Origin: Planctomycetota bacterium
GTDB lineage: Bacteria > Planctomycetota > Planctomycetia > Gemmatales > HRBIN36
Assembly: GCA_014584395.1 (NCBI GenBank)
Contig: JACTMY010000017.1
Location: 40,012 to 104,011, forward strand
Length of the DNA stretch: 64,000 nucleotides
Direction of reading: 5' to 3'
In this document: piece by piece, positions 27,215-37,900 of the stretch
How the letters are laid out: each line of letters begins with the position of its first letter
How positions within the stretch are numbered: position 1 is the stretch's first letter
The notes under the pieces: generated by a model
Database searches by the model: none
Told to the model about the DNA's origin: nothing
What the model saw: only the letters and a program-made list of their open reading frames with translations
Position numbers and translations under genes: made by a program

Positions 27215-28156
27215 TTATTTGGATTCCGCCTTGACCCGCACAATCTTGATGGGATCCGACGACGGCAGCAATTGACCATCGATCTCCCGCCCGATGATGC
27301 GGACGGTGAAGTGGTCGTTCCCATTGGGCGTGAGGATGTGGGTAGAGACGCCATAACGGCCGTCGGCCAAGGTGCGATAGGAGCGCATCATCCATTCCTC
27401 GTCCGACTTGGTCCAAGTTTCCTCGCTGAAGGAGCCGTCCGAGTCGAAGGTCCAGGAGCGGATCTGTTGCGAGCGCGGATCCCAGCCGATGATCTGGGTT
27501 CCCTCGTGAACGTCGCCCTCGCCGAAATCGACGGTGTAAGCGCGAATGAGGAAGGCATTATGGCGGCTCCAGCGGACCTGGGTGGCGACCTTGACGTTCG
27601 GCGCCTCGTCCCGCCATTCGCCGATCATCCATTCCAACTCCTTCAGGGCATCGGCGCTGGTCTTGGGCAGGGGCGTCGCGTATTCCTCAGCGCTAGTGAT
27701 CATCCATTGGTTCTTGTCCTGAACGATGACGGCCATCAATTGATTGGTGGTGGTCGCGCCGTCGGCCGTCATCACGGTCACGGTGGCGTTGATCTGGGCC
27801 ACGTCGGGCTTGATCCAGCGCACGCGGTCGATTTTGACGTTCATCGTGGCTTTGGGATTTTCCTTGAAATACGCTGCCAGGTCCTTGGCCAGGGCTTCGC
27901 GTCCCTCGCGGCGTTCATTGCTCTCGCGGTCGTAGTAGCTGGCGTCCGGAGCCCACATCGAGGCGAGCTCATCCAGTTTGGCTTGATTGAAGGCGTCCGC
28001 GTATTTCGCGGCGAATTGCAGGATGGGGGCGTTTTTGTCCGCCGCCGTTTTGGTGGATGCGCTAGGCGCCCCGCCGTCTTGAGCGGTCAGCCAAGCCTGC
28101 GCCGTGGCAGCGAGGCCAAGAATCAGAACCAGGCTCATGATCCACAGTCTTTTCAT
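27215..28156 (-). CDS. secreted protein with two SnoaL/DUF4440-like (NTF2-fold) domains
   Basis: Signal peptide MKRLWIMSLVLILGLAATAQA from ATG 28156, then two repeats of the ...F..A.N..D.D.L.S.(W/Y).(P/E)DA... type. Confidence 0.65.
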   Translation of the reverse strand: MKRLWIMSLVLILGLAATAQAWLTAQDGGAPSASTKTAADKNAPILQFAAKYADAFNQAKLDELASMWAPDASYYDRESNERREGREALAKDLAAYFKENPKATMNVKIDRVRWIKPDVAQINATVTVMTADGATTTNQLMAVIVQDKNQWMITSAEEYATPLPKTSADALKELEWMIGEWRDEAPNVKVATQVRWSRHNAFLIRAYTVDFGEGDVHEGTQIIGWDPRSQQIRSWTFDSDGSFSEETWTKSDEEWMMRSYRTLADGRYGVSTHILTPNGNDHFTVRIIGREIDGQLLPSSDPIKIVRVKAESK

Positions 28157-28355
28157 GGGTGCGACTCCAAGGAGAAAGGAAACCGGTTTGTTTAGCGTTG
28201 TCAATCATTGACGGACATGCCATGGCAGATGGTCTTATGGTATGACAGGGGAACGGCGAAGTGAAAAAGAAAGGGTGAATTCGCGGAAGTTCCTTTGGGG
28301 ATTGGTAAGATAGCGGCATGGTTTAACGTGAACTGCTCCCCTGAAATGATTCATC

Positions 28356-29771
28356 ATGCTGCTCGATGATCTCCGCCGCATTCTTCCTCCCGAGGCCATT
28401 CTCACCGCGCCTTCCGACCTGGCGGTCTATGAGTGCGATGGCTTTACCATCGAGAAAAACCAGCCCGACGTCGTCGTTTTCCCGACGACGACCGAACAGA
28501 TCGTGCACATCGTGAAAACATGTGGTGCAAATCATGTGCCCTTTTTGCCTCGGGGGGCGGGAACCAGCCTGGCGGGGGGCTGTTTGCCCGTCGGCGGCGG
28601 CGTGATGATCGCTCTGACGCGCATGAAACGCATCTTGGAGATCAATTACCGCGACCGTTACGCCATCGTCGAACCGGGCCTGGTTAATCTCTGGCTGACC
28701 AATCAGTTGAAGCCCCATGGGTTTCACTATGCCCCCGATCCATCCAGCCAGGGGGCCTGCACCATCGGCGGCAACGTGGCCACGAACTCCGGCGGACCGC
28801 ATACTTTGAAGTATGGCGTCACCGTCAACCACGTGCTCGGTTTGGAATTCATCCTGCCCGACGGCCAGGTGCGGAACGTGGGCGGCCCCTTGGGCGATTA
28901 CCTCGGATACGATCTGACGGGAGTTCTCGTTGGCTCGGAGGGTACCTTGGGCATCGCCTCCAAGGTTTGGGTGCGGATCACGAGAAATCCGGAAGCCTAT
29001 GGCACGCTCCTGGGCGTCTTTGCCGCGGTCGAGGACGCCACCAATTGCATCAGCGACATCATCGGCGCGGGCATCATTCCCGCGGCCCTGGAGATGATGG
29101 ATCAGCTCATCATCCAAGCGGTGGAGGCGGCGTTTCAGTTCGGCTTCCCCCTGGATGCCGGGGCGGTGCTGATCATGGAAGTGGACGGCCTGGCCGCGGG
29201 GTTGGAAGAGGAAGTGGAGCGCATCACGCAGCTCGCCATGAAGAACGGAGCCCGCGAGGTGCGCCGGGCCATGACGGAAACCGAACGGCACAAGCTGTGG
29301 AAATGCCGCAAGCAGGCCTTCGGCGCCGTGGGCCGGCTGGCGCCGAGCTATTGCACCCAAGACGGCGTCGTGCCGCGGACGCAACTGCCCCATATGCTGC
29401 GGCGCATTCAGGAGATCGGCCGGCAGTTTGATCTGCGGATCGCCAACGTCTTTCATGCCGGCGATGGCAATCTGCATCCGATCCTGCTCTTCGATGAACG
29501 GGACGCGGAGCAGGTGCGGCGCGTGCTCGAAGCCAGCCACGCCATTTTGGAGGAATGCCTGGCCCTGGGGGGCAGCGTCACCGGCGAGCATGGCATCGGC
29601 GTGGAGAAGCTGGACTTCATGCCCCGGATGTTCGCCCCGGAGGATTTGAGCATGATGCTTCGGCTCAGAAAGGCCTTCAATCCCGACGACCGCTGCAGTC
29701 CGGGAAAAATGTTCCCCACGGCGGGGGCGTGCATCGAGGCCAACAAGGCGGGCCGGCGAGCGGCTTTATGA
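28356..29771 (+). CDS. glcD: glycolate oxidase subunit GlcD (FAD-linked oxidase)
   Basis: VVFPTTTEQIVHIVKTCGANHVPFLPRGAGTSLAGG and the C-terminal ITGEHGIGVEK-type motif (VTGEHGIGVEKLDFM). Confidence 0.9.
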   Translation: MLLDDLRRILPPEAILTAPSDLAVYECDGFTIEKNQPDVVVFPTTTEQIVHIVKTCGANHVPFLPRGAGTSLAGGCLPVGGGVMIALTRMKRILEINYRDRYAIVEPGLVNLWLTNQLKPHGFHYAPDPSSQGACTIGGNVATNSGGPHTLKYGVTVNHVLGLEFILPDGQVRNVGGPLGDYLGYDLTGVLVGSEGTLGIASKVWVRITRNPEAYGTLLGVFAAVEDATNCISDIIGAGIIPAALEMMDQLIIQAVEAAFQFGFPLDAGAVLIMEVDGLAAGLEEEVERITQLAMKNGAREVRRAMTETERHKLWKCRKQAFGAVGRLAPSYCTQDGVVPRTQLPHMLRRIQEIGRQFDLRIANVFHAGDGNLHPILLFDERDAEQVRRVLEASHAILEECLALGGSVTGEHGIGVEKLDFMPRMFAPEDLSMMLRLRKAFNPDDRCSPGKMFPTAGACIEANKAGRRAAL

Positions 29772-29804
29772 GCGACGTAAAACCTGGCAACCGCAGGGCG
29801 ACCC

Positions 29805-31013
29805 ATGACGCAACCTTCCAGCCAATCGCCTGAGCATCCGCGGACGACCGCCGCCGGCGTGGAAGCTGTCCGCGCCGCCGTGCGGGAAGCGCTCGCCGCG
29901 GGGCAGGGCATCTATCCCCGCGGTGGTCAGACGCAATGGCTTGAAGGGATGCTGCCGCCGTCGGCGTCGGCGTCGGGGCGCGAAGTCGATCTCACGGGCT
30001 GCTGCGCGGTCATCGATTATCCGGCGCGCGATATGACGATCACCGTCCAGGCGGGCATTCGCATCGCCGACCTGCAAGCGACTTTGGCCCGCGAAGGGCA
30101 ATGGCTGCCCATCGACGTGCCCCAGGCCCATGAGGCGACGCTCGGCGGCTGCCTGGCGATGAACACGCATGGACCGCGGCGGCAAGGGTACGGCACGCTG
30201 CGGGATTACCTGATCGGCATCGAGTTCATCAACGATGCCGGGGAGCGGATCAAAGCGGGAGGCCGCGTCGTCAAGAATGTGGCGGGATACGATCTCTGCA
30301 AATTGCTCATCGGCTCCCGCGGCACCTTGGGCGTCATCACCCAGGCCACGCTCAAGGTTCGCCCCGTGCCTGCCGCCGCGGGTCGTTTGCTCTATCGGTT
30401 TGGACGCGATCAATTCGCTCCAATCTTGAACCTCTTGGAGCAAACCGCATCGCAGCCGGCCAGCGTGGACCTGGAAGGCCAGACAGGCGATGACGCGGCT
30501 CATCTGGGTGTGCTCTTCGAAGGGGCCAAGGCCGCGGTCGAATGGCAGATGCGGCAATTCCAGCGCGAGGCCGGCTTCCTTGCGAATCAACTTATCGAAG
30601 AGGAGATCGGAGGCCTGGGCGTCTCGCAGGAGCGGGTCGATTATGTCTTGCAGCGACTTGCTGCGCCCGCGGCCTGTCGTTGGCAGCTCCGCGTCCTGCC
30701 CAGCCAACTGGCCGACGCCTGGCCGGCCGCTCAAGTCATCAGCGATCAGACGCTCATGTTTCCTGGGTGCGGTTGGATCAGCGGCAGCTCGGCGCGGACC
30801 GTCGACGCCGCCGCAGTGCAAAACCTGCGGCAACGCGTCGAAGCCATGGGCGGACAGTTGACCGTGCTCGCGGGGCCGGACGATTGGCGAAAACCAGCGA
30901 TGCTCTGGGGAACGCCGCGCGACGACTGGGCCTTGATGCGGCTCATCAAGCAGCACTTTGATCCAGGGAATCGGTTTAGTCCGGGTCGTTTTTTCGTAGA
31001 TCAACCGACATGA
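29805..31013 (+). CDS. glcE: glycolate oxidase FAD-binding subunit GlcE
   Basis: An FAD-binding PCMH-type domain (DMTITVQAGIRIADLQATLAREGQWLPID, VKNVAGYDLCKLLIGSRGTLGVIT), located between glcD and glcF. Confidence 0.8.
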   Translation: MTQPSSQSPEHPRTTAAGVEAVRAAVREALAAGQGIYPRGGQTQWLEGMLPPSASASGREVDLTGCCAVIDYPARDMTITVQAGIRIADLQATLAREGQWLPIDVPQAHEATLGGCLAMNTHGPRRQGYGTLRDYLIGIEFINDAGERIKAGGRVVKNVAGYDLCKLLIGSRGTLGVITQATLKVRPVPAAAGRLLYRFGRDQFAPILNLLEQTASQPASVDLEGQTGDDAAHLGVLFEGAKAAVEWQMRQFQREAGFLANQLIEEEIGGLGVSQERVDYVLQRLAAPAACRWQLRVLPSQLADAWPAAQVISDQTLMFPGCGWISGSSARTVDAAAVQNLRQRVEAMGGQLTVLAGPDDWRKPAMLWGTPRDDWALMRLIKQHFDPGNRFSPGRFFVDQPT

Positions 31014-31038
31014 ATCGACGGACCAAGCGAACGCCAAC

Positions 31039-32379
31039 ATGACGACACTGCCCCTGCCCATGTCCGCCGCTGCCGACTCCTCCCGGATCGGTGCGGACAT
31101 CGACTACGAACTGTTCCTCGACTGCGTTCACTGCGGCTTGTGCACGTCGGCCTGTCCGACCTACCTCGAACTCGGCACGGAAATGGACAGTCCGCGAGGC
31201 CGCATCTACCTCATGCGCGGCGTTGTGGATCAGCGGCTGCCCTTGGACAGCCAGGTCAAGCGCCATCTGGACCTGTGCCTGGACTGCCGAGCTTGCGAAA
31301 CGGCGTGCCCCTCGGGCGTGCAGTATCATCAACTGCTCGAACCGTTCCGGGCGGCCATGCAGCGGAACCGGCCGGCGGCGGAGCAGCCCTTGCCTGGCTG
31401 GCAGCGTTGGCTGCTGTTCAACGTCCTCACCCAAGCGCACTGGGTTCGCTGGGCCTTGCTGCCGGCGCGGGTGCTGCAAGCGTTGGGCTTGGATCGGCTG
31501 CTGGCCGCCAGCGGTTGGAGCCGGCGCCTGCCCGATCGGCTGCGGCAAATGCAGGAGATGCTGCCCGAGCTGCCTCTGCGCCACCGGCCGTTGCCGAACT
31601 TTTTCCCGGCGAAGGGGAAGCGCCGCGCGGTCGTCGCCCTGCTCGCCGGCTGCGTGAATGATGCGCTGTTCTCCGCCACCAACTGGGCGACGGCCCGGGT
31701 GCTGCAGCTCAACGGCTGCGACGTGTGGATTCCCCGCGACCAGGTCTGCTGCGGCGCGCTCCATGCCCATGCCGGCTGCGAGGCCGAGGCACAGTCGCTG
31801 GCCCGTCAGAACATCGAAGTCTTTCAACGCCGCTCCGTCGATGCCATCGTCGCCAACGTCGCGGGATGCGGCGCTGCCCTCAAGGAATACGGCCACTTGC
31901 TCGCCGCCACGCCGCAGGCTCAGGCCGGGCAGCGGTTCGCGGGCAAGGCGCGCGACGTCAACGAATTCCTCATGGAACTAGGGCCGATCCCGCCGACGCA
32001 TCCCTTGCCTCTCAAGGCCGCCTATCACGACGCCTGTCATTTGTGCCATGCGCAACAGATTCGGCAAGCCCCCCGTGCGTTGCTCGCCCTTATTCCCGGC
32101 TTGCAACTGACGACCCTCGACGAAGCGGAGGTGTGCTGCGGCGCGGCCGGGAGTTACAATCTGGCTGAACCCGACATGGCGGATCGCCTGGGACAGCGCA
32201 AGGCCAGCCATCTGCTCGCCACCGGTGCCCGGGCCGTCTTCACCGCCAACGCTGGCTGTCTCCTGCAGATACGCAAGCACATGCAATCGCTGCCGGGCCG
32301 GCGGTGGATCGCCCATCCCATGGATGCCCTGTGGGCCAGTTATACCGGCGAAAGCCCAGCCATCTTGAGGAAGGGATGA
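31039..32379 (+). CDS. glcF: glycolate oxidase iron-sulfur subunit GlcF
   Basis: Two ferredoxin motifs (CVHCGLCTSACPTY, CLDCRACETACPSGV) and two CCG domains. Confidence 0.9.
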   Translation: MTTLPLPMSAAADSSRIGADIDYELFLDCVHCGLCTSACPTYLELGTEMDSPRGRIYLMRGVVDQRLPLDSQVKRHLDLCLDCRACETACPSGVQYHQLLEPFRAAMQRNRPAAEQPLPGWQRWLLFNVLTQAHWVRWALLPARVLQALGLDRLLAASGWSRRLPDRLRQMQEMLPELPLRHRPLPNFFPAKGKRRAVVALLAGCVNDALFSATNWATARVLQLNGCDVWIPRDQVCCGALHAHAGCEAEAQSLARQNIEVFQRRSVDAIVANVAGCGAALKEYGHLLAATPQAQAGQRFAGKARDVNEFLMELGPIPPTHPLPLKAAYHDACHLCHAQQIRQAPRALLALIPGLQLTTLDEAEVCCGAAGSYNLAEPDMADRLGQRKASHLLATGARAVFTANAGCLLQIRKHMQSLPGRRWIAHPMDALWASYTGESPAILRKG

Positions 32380-32765
32380 TGGAACGACTTCATCATGCCT
32401 CGGGCACGCCATGGGAGCCGATCGTCGGGTATTCCCGATGCGTCCGGGTTGGGCCGCACGTTTGGGTGTCCGGCACGACGGCGATCGATGCCCGCGGCGA
32501 CCTGGTGGGGCCGGGCGATCCCCATGCTCAGACCCGGCAGATTGTGAAGAACATCGAACTGGCGCTCCAGGCCGTGGGGGCGCGGTTGGAGCATGTCGTC
32601 CGGACGCGCCTGTTCGTCACCCGCATCGCCGACTGGGAAGCCATTGGCCAGGCGCATGGGGAAGCGTTTCGAGACATTCGCCCCGCAGCGACGATGGTGG
32701 AAGTCGCACGCTTGATCGATCCGCGGATGCTGGTGGAAATGGAAGCCGAGGCCTATATCGATTGA
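32376..32765 (+). CDS. RidA/YjgF family protein
   Basis: The start ATGATG overlaps the glcF stop (ATGA) and the RBS is GAGGAAGGG. VWVSGTTAID..G......D...Q..Q...NI...L and the C-terminal VEMEAEA are typical of the family. Confidence 0.85.
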   Translation: MMERLHHASGTPWEPIVGYSRCVRVGPHVWVSGTTAIDARGDLVGPGDPHAQTRQIVKNIELALQAVGARLEHVVRTRLFVTRIADWEAIGQAHGEAFRDIRPAATMVEVARLIDPRMLVEMEAEAYID

Positions 32766-32774
32766 GGGAGGACC

Positions 32775-33695
32775 ATGTCGCCGATCGCCACGCCGCCTCG
32801 CGGCATCATTCCGCCCATCGCCACCCCCATGCAGGCCAACGAAGACCTGGACCTGCCCCGGTTGCGCTGGTTCGTCGATCATCTGATCCAGCAAGGCATC
32901 CATGCCGCCTTCGTGCTCGGCACCAACGGCGAAGCCTACGCCCTGACCGAAGAGGAAAAGCAAGCGGTGGTGGCGGCGGCTGTCGAAGCCGCGGCGGGAC
33001 GCGTGCCCGTTTGGGTCGGCACCGGGGCGATCACCACGCGGGAGACGCAGCGGCTCACGCGGATGGCGGAGAAAGAAGGGGCCCACGGCGTCACGGTGAT
33101 CACGCCCTATTTCGTGCATCCGAGCCAGACGGAATTGTTCGATCATTATCGCCGCGTCGCTGAGCCATCGTCGCTGCCCGTGCTCCTGTACAACAACCCC
33201 GCCCACACGCACCTGACGCTGCATCCGGAGACGGTGGCCCGGCTGGCGGAGATGAGCCAAATCGTCGGCATCAAGGATTCCAGCGGCGACCTGTCCCTCA
33301 TGCTAGACTACATTCGGCTCGCGCCCAGCCGCTTCAGCGTGCTGCAGGGACGCGATTCCCTGATCTATTCGGCGCTGGAGTTGGGAGCCAAGGGCGCCGT
33401 CCCCGCCTCGGGGAACCTCGTGCCGGCCTGGTGCGTGGAAATTTTCGAAGCGTTTGAACGCGGCGATCGCGAGGCGGCGAAGTCGGCCCAGCTCAAGGTG
33501 CATCCATTGAGGAAAGCCCTGGCGCTGGGGACCGCTCCCGGCGTCCTGAAGCCGGCGCTGCGGTTGATGGGGATCGATCTCGGCCCCGCCCGCTCGCCCC
33601 TGGGCGCGCTGAGCCTGGCGGAATTGACCAGGCTGCGCGCCGTTCTGGTCGAAGCGGGCCTGGCCTCGGCGGCATCGCTGCCCCCGAGCATGTGA
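32775..33695 (+). CDS. dihydrodipicolinate synthase-family (class I aldolase) protein
   Basis: FVLGTNGEAYALTEEEK, VWVGTGA, VITPYF, and GIKDSSGD with the Schiff-base Lys context. The RBS is GAGGGAGG. Confidence 0.85.
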   Translation: MSPIATPPRGIIPPIATPMQANEDLDLPRLRWFVDHLIQQGIHAAFVLGTNGEAYALTEEEKQAVVAAAVEAAAGRVPVWVGTGAITTRETQRLTRMAEKEGAHGVTVITPYFVHPSQTELFDHYRRVAEPSSLPVLLYNNPAHTHLTLHPETVARLAEMSQIVGIKDSSGDLSLMLDYIRLAPSRFSVLQGRDSLIYSALELGAKGAVPASGNLVPAWCVEIFEAFERGDREAAKSAQLKVHPLRKALALGTAPGVLKPALRLMGIDLGPARSPLGALSLAELTRLRAVLVEAGLASAASLPPSM

Positions 33696-33762
33696 AGATG
33701 GATTCGCAGGAATGGGTTAGGAACCGCGGGGCGCGCCGGCAAGGCGGCCGACGCGCCGCCGG

Positions 33763-34902
33763 TTATTCCTTCTCCTTGCCGGTGAGATATTCGACGTAAG
33801 CTTTCTCGCGCAGCCGCTTCAGTTCCTTTTGGAATTCATCCATCCCGATCTTGCCCTGCAGCTTGTTGCGGATGTCTTGGCAAACCTCGGCGAAGGGGAT
33901 CATGCCGCCGGGCTGATGGGCCAGCTTGCGAACGACGTGAAAGCCGTTGTCGCTCTCGATGACGGGGCCCGTTTGTCCCGGCTGCATGCGCAGGATGACC
34001 TCCTGCACTTCGGGGGGGCGAATCTGACCCGGCGGATCCTGATTCTCGCCCCCTTGATAACGGTCCGGGCTGTGGCTGTATTGTTGGGCGATCGCGGCAA
34101 AGTCTTCCTTCTTGTGCATGGCGAAAACCATCTGCTGCATTTGCTCGGCGTGCTGCCGGGCGGCCAGGCGCGAAGGATAGCGGCTGGAGTCCAGGTAAAT
34201 GTGCTGCCAAGTGATCAGCTCTTGCCGCTTGAATTCATCGGGATGGTCCCGGTAGTATTGCAGCAATTCCTTGCGGTCGATGAGGTCCAGCCGATCGCGA
34301 ACGAGGTTGCGCATGAATTCCATGGCCGTGTAAGCGCGGGCATATTGCCGCCGCATCTCCTCGAAGTTGTACCCCCGCTTTTCGAAATACTGCTTCAGCT
34401 CGACGTCGCTGCGGACGTGCAACTGTTCGCGCATGGCCCGCAGCTTCTTGTCGAATTCCTTTTGACCGTATTCAATGACCGACTGAATCGCGGATGCGCG
34501 CACCCGGGAGAAGGCTTCCTGCAGGATAACTTCATTGTCGATGATTTCCTTGAGCTGAGCGTCGAGGACTTCGCCGCGGACGCTGGGCCATTGCTCATCC
34601 GGCACCTGAGGTCGAATGTATTCCAGCTTCATGGCGGCGGCGTTTTCCACGTCCTGCAAGAGGATGGGTTGGCCGTTGACCCGCGCCAAGACGCGCGCCG
34701 CCACCTGGCTCGTTTTCTTGGCGTCGTCGGCGTTCAGCGGTTTCGTCGCGGCGGCCGCGGGGCCAGACAGGGAAGGCGCGCTGCTCGGCGGCGGCGGTGG
34801 AGCCGAGGTCGCCTGGCCCCAAGCGGTCGAGGCCAACCCCCCACTCCCTCCTCCGAACCAAATGACCAGCGACGCCCATGCAAGCTGCCTGATCATGTGC
34901 AC
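33763..34902 (-). CDS. SurA/PrsA-like peptidyl-prolyl isomerase (parvulin domain)
   Basis: Signal peptide plus a C-terminal PpiC domain: ...MQPGQTGPVIESDNGFHVVRKL. Confidence 0.8.
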   Translation of the reverse strand: MHMIRQLAWASLVIWFGGGSGGLASTAWGQATSAPPPPPSSAPSLSGPAAAATKPLNADDAKKTSQVAARVLARVNGQPILLQDVENAAAMKLEYIRPQVPDEQWPSVRGEVLDAQLKEIIDNEVILQEAFSRVRASAIQSVIEYGQKEFDKKLRAMREQLHVRSDVELKQYFEKRGYNFEEMRRQYARAYTAMEFMRNLVRDRLDLIDRKELLQYYRDHPDEFKRQELITWQHIYLDSSRYPSRLAARQHAEQMQQMVFAMHKKEDFAAIAQQYSHSPDRYQGGENQDPPGQIRPPEVQEVILRMQPGQTGPVIESDNGFHVVRKLAHQPGGMIPFAEVCQDIRNKLQGKIGMDEFQKELKRLREKAYVEYLTGKEKE

Positions 34903-34962
34903 GCTTCCCTCGGCCAGTGAATACGCGGTTTGCGTTCAAGACACCGTGGGAGGCGACCATAG

Positions 34963-37900
34963 TCAGCCCACTTGATTTTGCAAGAGCAGTTTAAGCAGCC
35001 GGGCCATGTTCGAAGGCTGCCGCTCGTCCTCGGTGCGCAGCCGATAATACGCACTTTGCGCATCCACCACCCGCAAGCGGCCTTGGCTTAGATTCGCCAG
35101 CTTCTCGATCTTGGCGCGCTGCCGATAGCCGAGCACCAGGTCCTTGTTTTCGACGTGGATGCTGGCCACCTCCCAGCGGCCGGCCAGGATGCGCAGCTCT
35201 TGCAGTTGCAGCATCTGCTCGGCCGGGGCCGGCAGAGGGCCGAAGCGGTCGACCATTTCCTGGCGCAAATCGTCGATGTGTTCCCGGTGCCGCAGACGCG
35301 ACAGCCGGCGGTACAGTTCGATCCGCAGTTTCGGGCTGGGCAGATAATCGCGCGGCAACAGGGCCGGCAGCGGCAGCTCAATGGTCACTTCCAGGCGATC
35401 GCGCGGCGCTTGCTTCTTCAAGCGGCGGACCGCGTTTTCCAGAAGCTGGCAATACAATTCGTACCCCACGGCGGCGATGTGGCCCGATTGCTCCGTCCCC
35501 AGGATGTTGCCCGCGCCGCGGATTTCCAAATCCCGCATGGCGATCTTGAAGCCGGCCCCCAGTTCGCTGAATTCCTCCAGCGCCTTGAGCCGCTTGGCCG
35601 CCTGCGGACTCATCTTGCGACCCGGATCGACGAGGAGATAGCAATAGGCCCGATGCTTGTACCGGCCCACCCGGCCGCGAAGCTGATGCAGGTCGGCCAA
35701 CCCGTAGCGGTCCGCCTGGTTGATGAGCATCGTGTTGGCCGAGCGGATGTCCAGGCCGTTCTCGATGATCGTCGTCGCCACCAGCACGTCGGCCTCGCGA
35801 TTGAGAAAGGCCACCATGGCGGCTTCGAGTTCATGCTCCGACATTTGCCCATGCCCCACGACGATGCGGGCCTCGGGCACCAGGCTGCGCAGATCATTGG
35901 CCAAGGCGTGGATGTTGTCCACGCGGTCGTTGACGACGTAAACCTGCCCCTCGCGGTTCAGCTCCCGCAGGATCGCCTGGCGGATGAGCGGTCCATCGAA
36001 GCGATGGATGCGCGTCTCCACGGCCAGGCGGTCGCGCGGCGGCGTCTCCAGGTTGCCGATGTCGCGGAGCCCCAGCAAAGCCAGATGCAAGGTGCGCGGG
36101 ATGGGCGTGGCCGTCAGCGTGAGCACGTCCACGGAATGGCGCAGCTTCTTGAGGCGGTCCTTATGCTCGACGCCGAAGCGCTGTTCCTCATCGATGATGA
36201 CCAGGCCGAGTTCGTGAAACTGCACGTCCTGGCTGAGGAGCCGATGCGTGCCGATGATGACGTCGATGCTGCCCGCCTTCAGCCCTTGCAGAATCTGCTT
36301 GGCTTGCGAGCCGGTGCGAAAGCGGCTGAGACAAGCCACCGTGAAAGGAAACTCGGCGAGCCGATCGCGGAAGGTGCGGTAATGCTGCTCCGCCAGGACC
36401 GTCGTGGGCACAAGCACGGCGACCTGCTTGCCGAAGTCGATCATCTTGAAGGCGGCGCGCAGGGCCAGTTCGGTCTTGCCGAAGCCGACGTCGCCGCACA
36501 GAAGGCGGTCCATGGGCCGGGTTTTTTCCATGTCCGCCTTGATCTCGGCCAGGGCCTTGAGCTGATCGGGCGTCTCCGCATAGGGAAACGCCGCCTCGAA
36601 CTCGCGCTGCCATTCCGAATCCGGCGGGCAGGCCGTGCCGGGGACCGCTTCCCTCTGGGCTTGCAGTTCCAGCATGTCCAGGGCCAACTCCGCCACCGCC
36701 TGCTGGACCTTTTCCTTGCGCTTCTGCCACAGCGTCCCCCCCAGCTTCGAGGGTTCCGGCGCGGCCTGGCCCCCGCCCACGTATTTTTGCACCAGGTCGA
36801 TCTTGTCAGCGGGAACGTAGAGCTTCGTCCCCTCGGCGAACTCCAAGGTCAAATGATCGCTGAGCTGGCCCTTGTTCTCGATGGGCTGCATGCCGCGATA
36901 CCGGGCGATGCCGTGCATGACGTGCACGACCCAGTCGCCCTCGTTGAGGTCCAGGAAACTGTCGATGGCCCGCGTTTCATAAGCCCGGCTCGGCAGCGTG
37001 GCCCGCGGCAGGGCTTCCCTGCGGAACAGCTCATCGGCGCTGAGCACGGCCAGGGCCGCATCGACCAGCCGAAAGCCGCGATGCACGTGCCCCAGGGCGA
37101 AGGTCAAGCGATCCGGGTCAACGGAACTGGCCGACTCGTCCGCGGGAGTGAAGATTTCCTCGAGCCGCTGCCGTTCACCCGCATGGGGGCATGCGATCAA
37201 CACCCGCGACCCCGCCGCGAGTTGGGCGATTTCCTGGCGCACTCGGCTCAGTTCGCCGCTGAAGCGTTCGACTGATTCCACTCGTAAATGACAGGTCGCT
37301 TCCATCGAGACCGTGGGCATGTGGGTGAGCGTGATGCTCGGAATGCGCGTGAGGGCCTGGAGCGTCGCCTCCACGGTGAAATGGCCGCGCCGGTCCGCCA
37401 GTCGCTCCAAGAAATGGCGGCCCTGGTCCTGCAGTTCTTCCAGTTCCACGAGCACCGACCACGAACCCGGGGGCAGATAGTGAAGCAAGGAGCCGACTTG
37501 ACTCGGGGCGTCCTTGGTTCGACTGCGCTTCGAGGCCGACCGCGCCGGCTGTTCGCGAACGTCCTCGCTGGGGATCGCTGCCTCTTGCCGCTGCAGCGAC
37601 TCGATGGCCGTCAATTCGACCGACTCCTCTGACTCGAGGCTGCGCTGCGAATCGGGAGCGAAGCGGCGCAGGCTCGCAATCTCGTCGCCAAAATATTCGA
37701 TGCGGATGGGGCGGTCGGCGTCGAGCGGGAAGACGTCGACGATCCCGCCCCGCCGGCTGAACTCGCCGGGCCGCTCCACGGTCTCGCGGCGCGTCAGGCC
37801 GTTTTCGACCAGCCATTTGACGAGGTCTTCCAGGCGAAACTCATCGCCGACCGTGATCCGGCGGGTGTGCTGTCGCAGCCGCTCCGGGGCGGGCACCGGC

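Noticed and set aside
28323-31896. Three long minus-strand ORFs (28323-29591, 29766-31100, 30976-31896)
   Set aside because: All are antisense to glcD, glcE and glcF, which have clear cofactor motifs.
35155-37275. 706-aa plus-strand ORF
   Set aside because: It is antisense to mfd. The composition is low-complexity (A/G/R/L/Q/H) and no domain is recognisable.
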